Shown here: positions 53,235 through 56,090 of the stretch, one piece after another
Position numbering within the stretch: position 1 is the first letter of the stretch
Layout of the letters: the number at the start of each line of letters is the position of its first letter
Source: Candidatus Brockarchaeota archaeon
GTDB taxonomy: Archaea > Thermoproteota > EX4484-205 > JAAOZP01
Direction: 5' to 3'
NCBI GenBank assembly: GCA_017601395.1
Contig: JAFNIQ010000005.1
Location: 1-56,090 of the forward strand
Length of the DNA: 56,090 nucleotides
Program-made: the position numbers and the translations under genes
The notes under the pieces: model-generated
What the model saw: only the letters and a program-made list of their open reading frames with translations
Database searches by the model: none
What the model was told of the DNA's origin: nothing

Positions 53235-56090
53235 TTGCATTTGACAAGGATTGAAATCAGGAATTTCAAATCGGTAGGCGGCCGACAGGTTATAAACCTG
53301 AGCAGAGGCTTAACTGTTTTAACAGGTAGAAACGGCTCTGGAAAATGCGTAGCCCCTTGGACAGTCATAGAACGGCCGTGGGGAGGACTTGCTGTAGAAT
53401 CTCTTTTCAAGGAGGCGTCTTCAGAGGGTGTTAGAATCAAGCTGGTGGACGGGGAATACGTGATTCCCCTTGAAAGGGAGCCGCTCATAAGCTACCAAAC
53501 GCTTCTAGGTAGGAGCGTTGAAGCCGGTGTTAGCGCAATTTTCAGGAGACCCTACGAGGGATTCATGTTAAAAATTGAAACAGAAAATGGCAGAAAGATT
53601 GAGGTAACCCCGGAACACAGGCTGATGGTGGCCGACGGGAAGGGGGCACACAGGTGGATTGAGGCTTCACGGCTCTCAGAAGGCGTGAAGATAATTGTTA
53701 TTGACAATGGGAAAACAAGCCTTGATGTTTTAAACAGGATTGTTAGGAATGTTTGGAGAGGAGAAGTATACGACATATATGTTGAGAACATCGGCTCATA
53801 CGTTACAGGGGACGGCGTGATAGTTCACAACAGTAATTTAATCGACGCGATACGTTTCGCACTCGGTGAAAACAATCCTAGGCTTCTCCGGATAGACAGG
53901 CTTTCCTCCCTGGTCAATGATAACGCAGGCAGGGAAGCGGAAACCTACGTGAAAATAACCATAGATAATAGTGACTCAACAATACCCGGGCAAGAGAAGC
54001 TTATAACGGTTGCTAGGAGAATGGGGAGGGACGGGGAGAGCACGTATTATCTCAATGGTAGAAGAACCTCTAAAAACGTTGTTGAAGACACCATCTCTTC
54101 AACAGGTCTTTCTGCAAGAGGCTACAACATAATACCGCAGGGAGAGATTTCACGATTGGCTGATAAAAATCCCGTGGAGAGAAGAAAGGAGATAGAACAG
54201 GCACTAGGCTTAGCACAGTACGACGAGAGGAAGTCGGAGGCGCTTAGCAACCTGCAGCAGGCCGACAATAATCTCAGAGTGGCACAGGCTAGGCTTCAAG
54301 AGATCGATAGAAGAATGCTGCAATTAGAAAGAGAGAGAAACATTCTGCTCAGAAGAAGAATGCTTGAGAAAGAAGTGGAGAAGATGCAGATGATTATCAA
54401 TTCGTTCGAGTATTGGAGGCTCGTCAGAAAACTGGAGGAAATATCGCGAAGCCTAGAGGAAAATACTGCTTTGCGAGCTAAGCTTGAAGCAGAGCTTGCC
54501 TCCAGACAGGCGGAGAAGAGAAGCATTATAGAGAGAATGGAGGAACTTTTGAAAACCGCTGCTTCAGCAACCCCTGACACTGAGAGAATTAGGCTCGAAT
54601 ACGAGTTAAAAGACCTTGAGAAAAGGCTTGGAGAAGCTTTTGAAAGGCTTGAGAGAAACAGGAGCGAGTTAAACACGATTAAAAAAGAATTGTCGAAAAC
54701 TAGGCGGAAGAGGAGTAAGAGTATTAGGAAAATGGCCAGCCTGACAGAGGATTATGGACGCATGCTTGTAAAACGCTCTTCGATCAACACCAGGATACTT
54801 CGTCTTTTAAGCGAGAAGAAGAGGCTTCAAGAGGTTGAGAAACAACAGGAGGCGGAGATTTCCAATATTATGAATAGGCTGATCTTAGTCAACAGGGATT
54901 TAGACCGGCTGATGCTTGAGGAGGAGAATTCGAAAAGAATGCTAAGAGAAGTCGCTACTTATTATGATAGTCTAAAGAGGAGAATCGGGTCTTTGAGTAG
55001 GAGGAGGAAGATGGAGACGGTTAGAAAAAGCAGGGTAGTTGAGAAACTGGCTGATCTTGACAGAGTTTTAGCGGAGAGAAGAAGGATGCTGGATGAAATA
55101 ATGAACACCGTTAAAATCTTAATGAGTAGTCTGGATTCATTCAGAATCCTTTTTGCAAAAGTTTCCGGAATAGCGGGCTACGCTATTCAGGATGAGAGAA
55201 GTAGGAGGGTTCTAGAACTTGTGAAAACTATTTCTGAGAAAAAAAGCTTAAGTATTTACGGAATTCTAAGAGAAAGCCTTTGGTTTCCAAAAGAATTGAG
55301 TAGAGCTGTTGAAAGCCTGGCTGGCGATTGGATGGACGCTGTACTCGTTAAAAGCTCTCTAGACATGCTTTTCCTAATGAACTTTCTTGGAGGTAAAGGA
55401 ATTGGGATTAAAGTGTTAACCTCCGAGGGGGAGGTAAACAGGAAAGAAATACCTCTTGAACTCAGTAAGCGTGGCAAGCATATGATGGATATAGTCAAAT
55501 ACCCTAAGAGTATTGAGAAACACGTCTTAAAACTTTTCTGGAATAGCGTTGTGGTTAACACTACCGAGGACGCCCTCGTCTTCGCTAGAAGAGGGTTCAG
55601 GGCAGCAACCATAAACGGCGAGGTTTTCATGGTCGAAGGAGGGTTGGTAAGGGAGAATATTGAGGAGAAGCTTGAAAGCGTTAGAAGCCTTGTGAAAAGC
55701 TTCTCCGAGAAAGCCGGCGAGTTAGCCAGAATACTTGAAGCCATGAATAACCATGTGAGGCCAGTTTTAAACAGTAAAATAGTTGAGGCAGCGAGTATTC
55801 GAAGCAGGCTTGCCGAGGACCTGAACACAATTGACTCTCGTATGAAGGAGTTGGAGGAACAGTTAGACACTTTGACCAGCGAGTATTTAGAAGCATCTCG
55901 AAGATTGAGTCAAGCGTTCAGAAAACGTGACGCGGGTAAAAAGCGTCTCTTGGAAAGGGAAAGGATAAGGTTAAAATCTTTAATCGTAGTTAGGGAGAAA
56001 AGTATCAGCAGGGTTCGCAGGAGAATAAGGCTGATTGAAAACGAGTTGAACGGGCTTGAGAAAAAGAGAGAGGCTTTAAAAAACAGACTA
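53235..56090 (+). CDS. smc: Chromosome segregation protein SMC (3'-partial, intein-containing)
   Basis: TTG start after GGAGAGGG. IEIRNFKS..VLTGRNGSGK[intein]SNLIDAIRFALG, YNIIPQGEI (Q-loop), coiled coil, hinge IYGILRESL..AVESLAGDWMDAVLV. The gene runs off the window end, which explains its absence from the ORF track. Confidence 0.9.
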   Translation, partial: MHLTRIEIRNFKSVGGRQVINLSRGLTVLTGRNGSGKCVAPWTVIERPWGGLAVESLFKEASSEGVRIKLVDGEYVIPLEREPLISYQTLLGRSVEAGVSAIFRRPYEGFMLKIETENGRKIEVTPEHRLMVADGKGAHRWIEASRLSEGVKIIVIDNGKTSLDVLNRIVRNVWRGEVYDIYVENIGSYVTGDGVIVHNSNLIDAIRFALGENNPRLLRIDRLSSLVNDNAGREAETYVKITIDNSDSTIPGQEKLITVARRMGRDGESTYYLNGRRTSKNVVEDTISSTGLSARGYNIIPQGEISRLADKNPVERRKEIEQALGLAQYDERKSEALSNLQQADNNLRVAQARLQEIDRRMLQLERERNILLRRRMLEKEVEKMQMIINSFEYWRLVRKLEEISRSLEENTALRAKLEAELASRQAEKRSIIERMEELLKTAASATPDTERIRLEYELKDLEKRLGEAFERLERNRSELNTIKKELSKTRRKRSKSIRKMASLTEDYGRMLVKRSSINTRILRLLSEKKRLQEVEKQQEAEISNIMNRLILVNRDLDRLMLEEENSKRMLREVATYYDSLKRRIGSLSRRRKMETVRKSRVVEKLADLDRVLAERRRMLDEIMNTVKILMSSLDSFRILFAKVSGIAGYAIQDERSRRVLELVKTISEKKSLSIYGILRESLWFPKELSRAVESLAGDWMDAVLVKSSLDMLFLMNFLGGKGIGIKVLTSEGEVNRKEIPLELSKRGKHMMDIVKYPKSIEKHVLKLFWNSVVVNTTEDALVFARRGFRAATINGEVFMVEGGLVRENIEEKLESVRSLVKSFSEKAGELARILEAMNNHVRPVLNSKIVEAASIRSRLAEDLNTIDSRMKELEEQLDTLTSEYLEASRRLSQAFRKRDAGKKRLLERERIRLKSLIVVREKSISRVRRRIRLIENELNGLEKKREALKNRL
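53346..53831 (+). mobile_element. Mini-intein (162 aa, no homing endonuclease) in SMC Walker A
   Basis: Starts CVAPWT (C1). Block B IEVTPEHRL, W.EAS.L..G, block F GEVYDIYVE; ends VIVHN followed by Ser+1. Removing it restores GRNGSGKS. Confidence 0.92.

Noticed and set aside
53228-55896. Minus-strand ORFs listed over 53.2-55.9 kb, and similar Ser/Leu-rich antisense ORFs throughout
   Set aside because: They are shadows of real genes on the opposite strand (here smc).
1-56090. CRISPR arrays, tRNA/rRNA genes, IS elements
   Set aside because: I saw no regularly spaced repeats, cloverleafs, rRNA signatures or transposases by eye. tRNAscan-SE, Infernal and a CRISPR finder would settle it.

Overview
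Archaeal chromosome segment of TACK type (TFE-beta, Gar1, SRP19, rpS8e, SUI1, geranylgeranyl reductase, deoxyhypusine synthase, SMC). A Brockarchaeota/Bathyarchaeia-like host is my inference only. 1-20.5 kb is an accessory block of sugar, redox and hydrolase genes with several pseudogenes: a GH94 remnant, a WrbA-like flavodoxin, an esterase, one of two GH5 endoglucanases, and a DegT aminotransferase. 20.6-34.7 kb holds housekeeping genes, a his operon without hisD, and a MacB-type ABC system. 34.7-44.1 kb looks like an archaeal polymorphic-toxin locus. It has a membrane-anchored partner, a ~1700-aa secreted protein ending in a PD-(D/E)xK-like nuclease, a convergent candidate immunity gene and orphan toxin-like remnants. 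The cassette is bracketed by a duplicated 3' end of a conserved gene, and the second copy carries a precise 121-bp internal inversion. 49.4-52.1 kb is a small AT-rich island with an integrase remnant, an ABC exporter, and an unannotated 46-aa peptide with YxxP and CxxCxxxCxxC motifs that resembles a RiPP precursor. The window ends inside smc, which is missing from the ORF track and carries a 162-aa mini-intein in its Walker A motif. All calls are from reading the sequence by eye; no searches were run.
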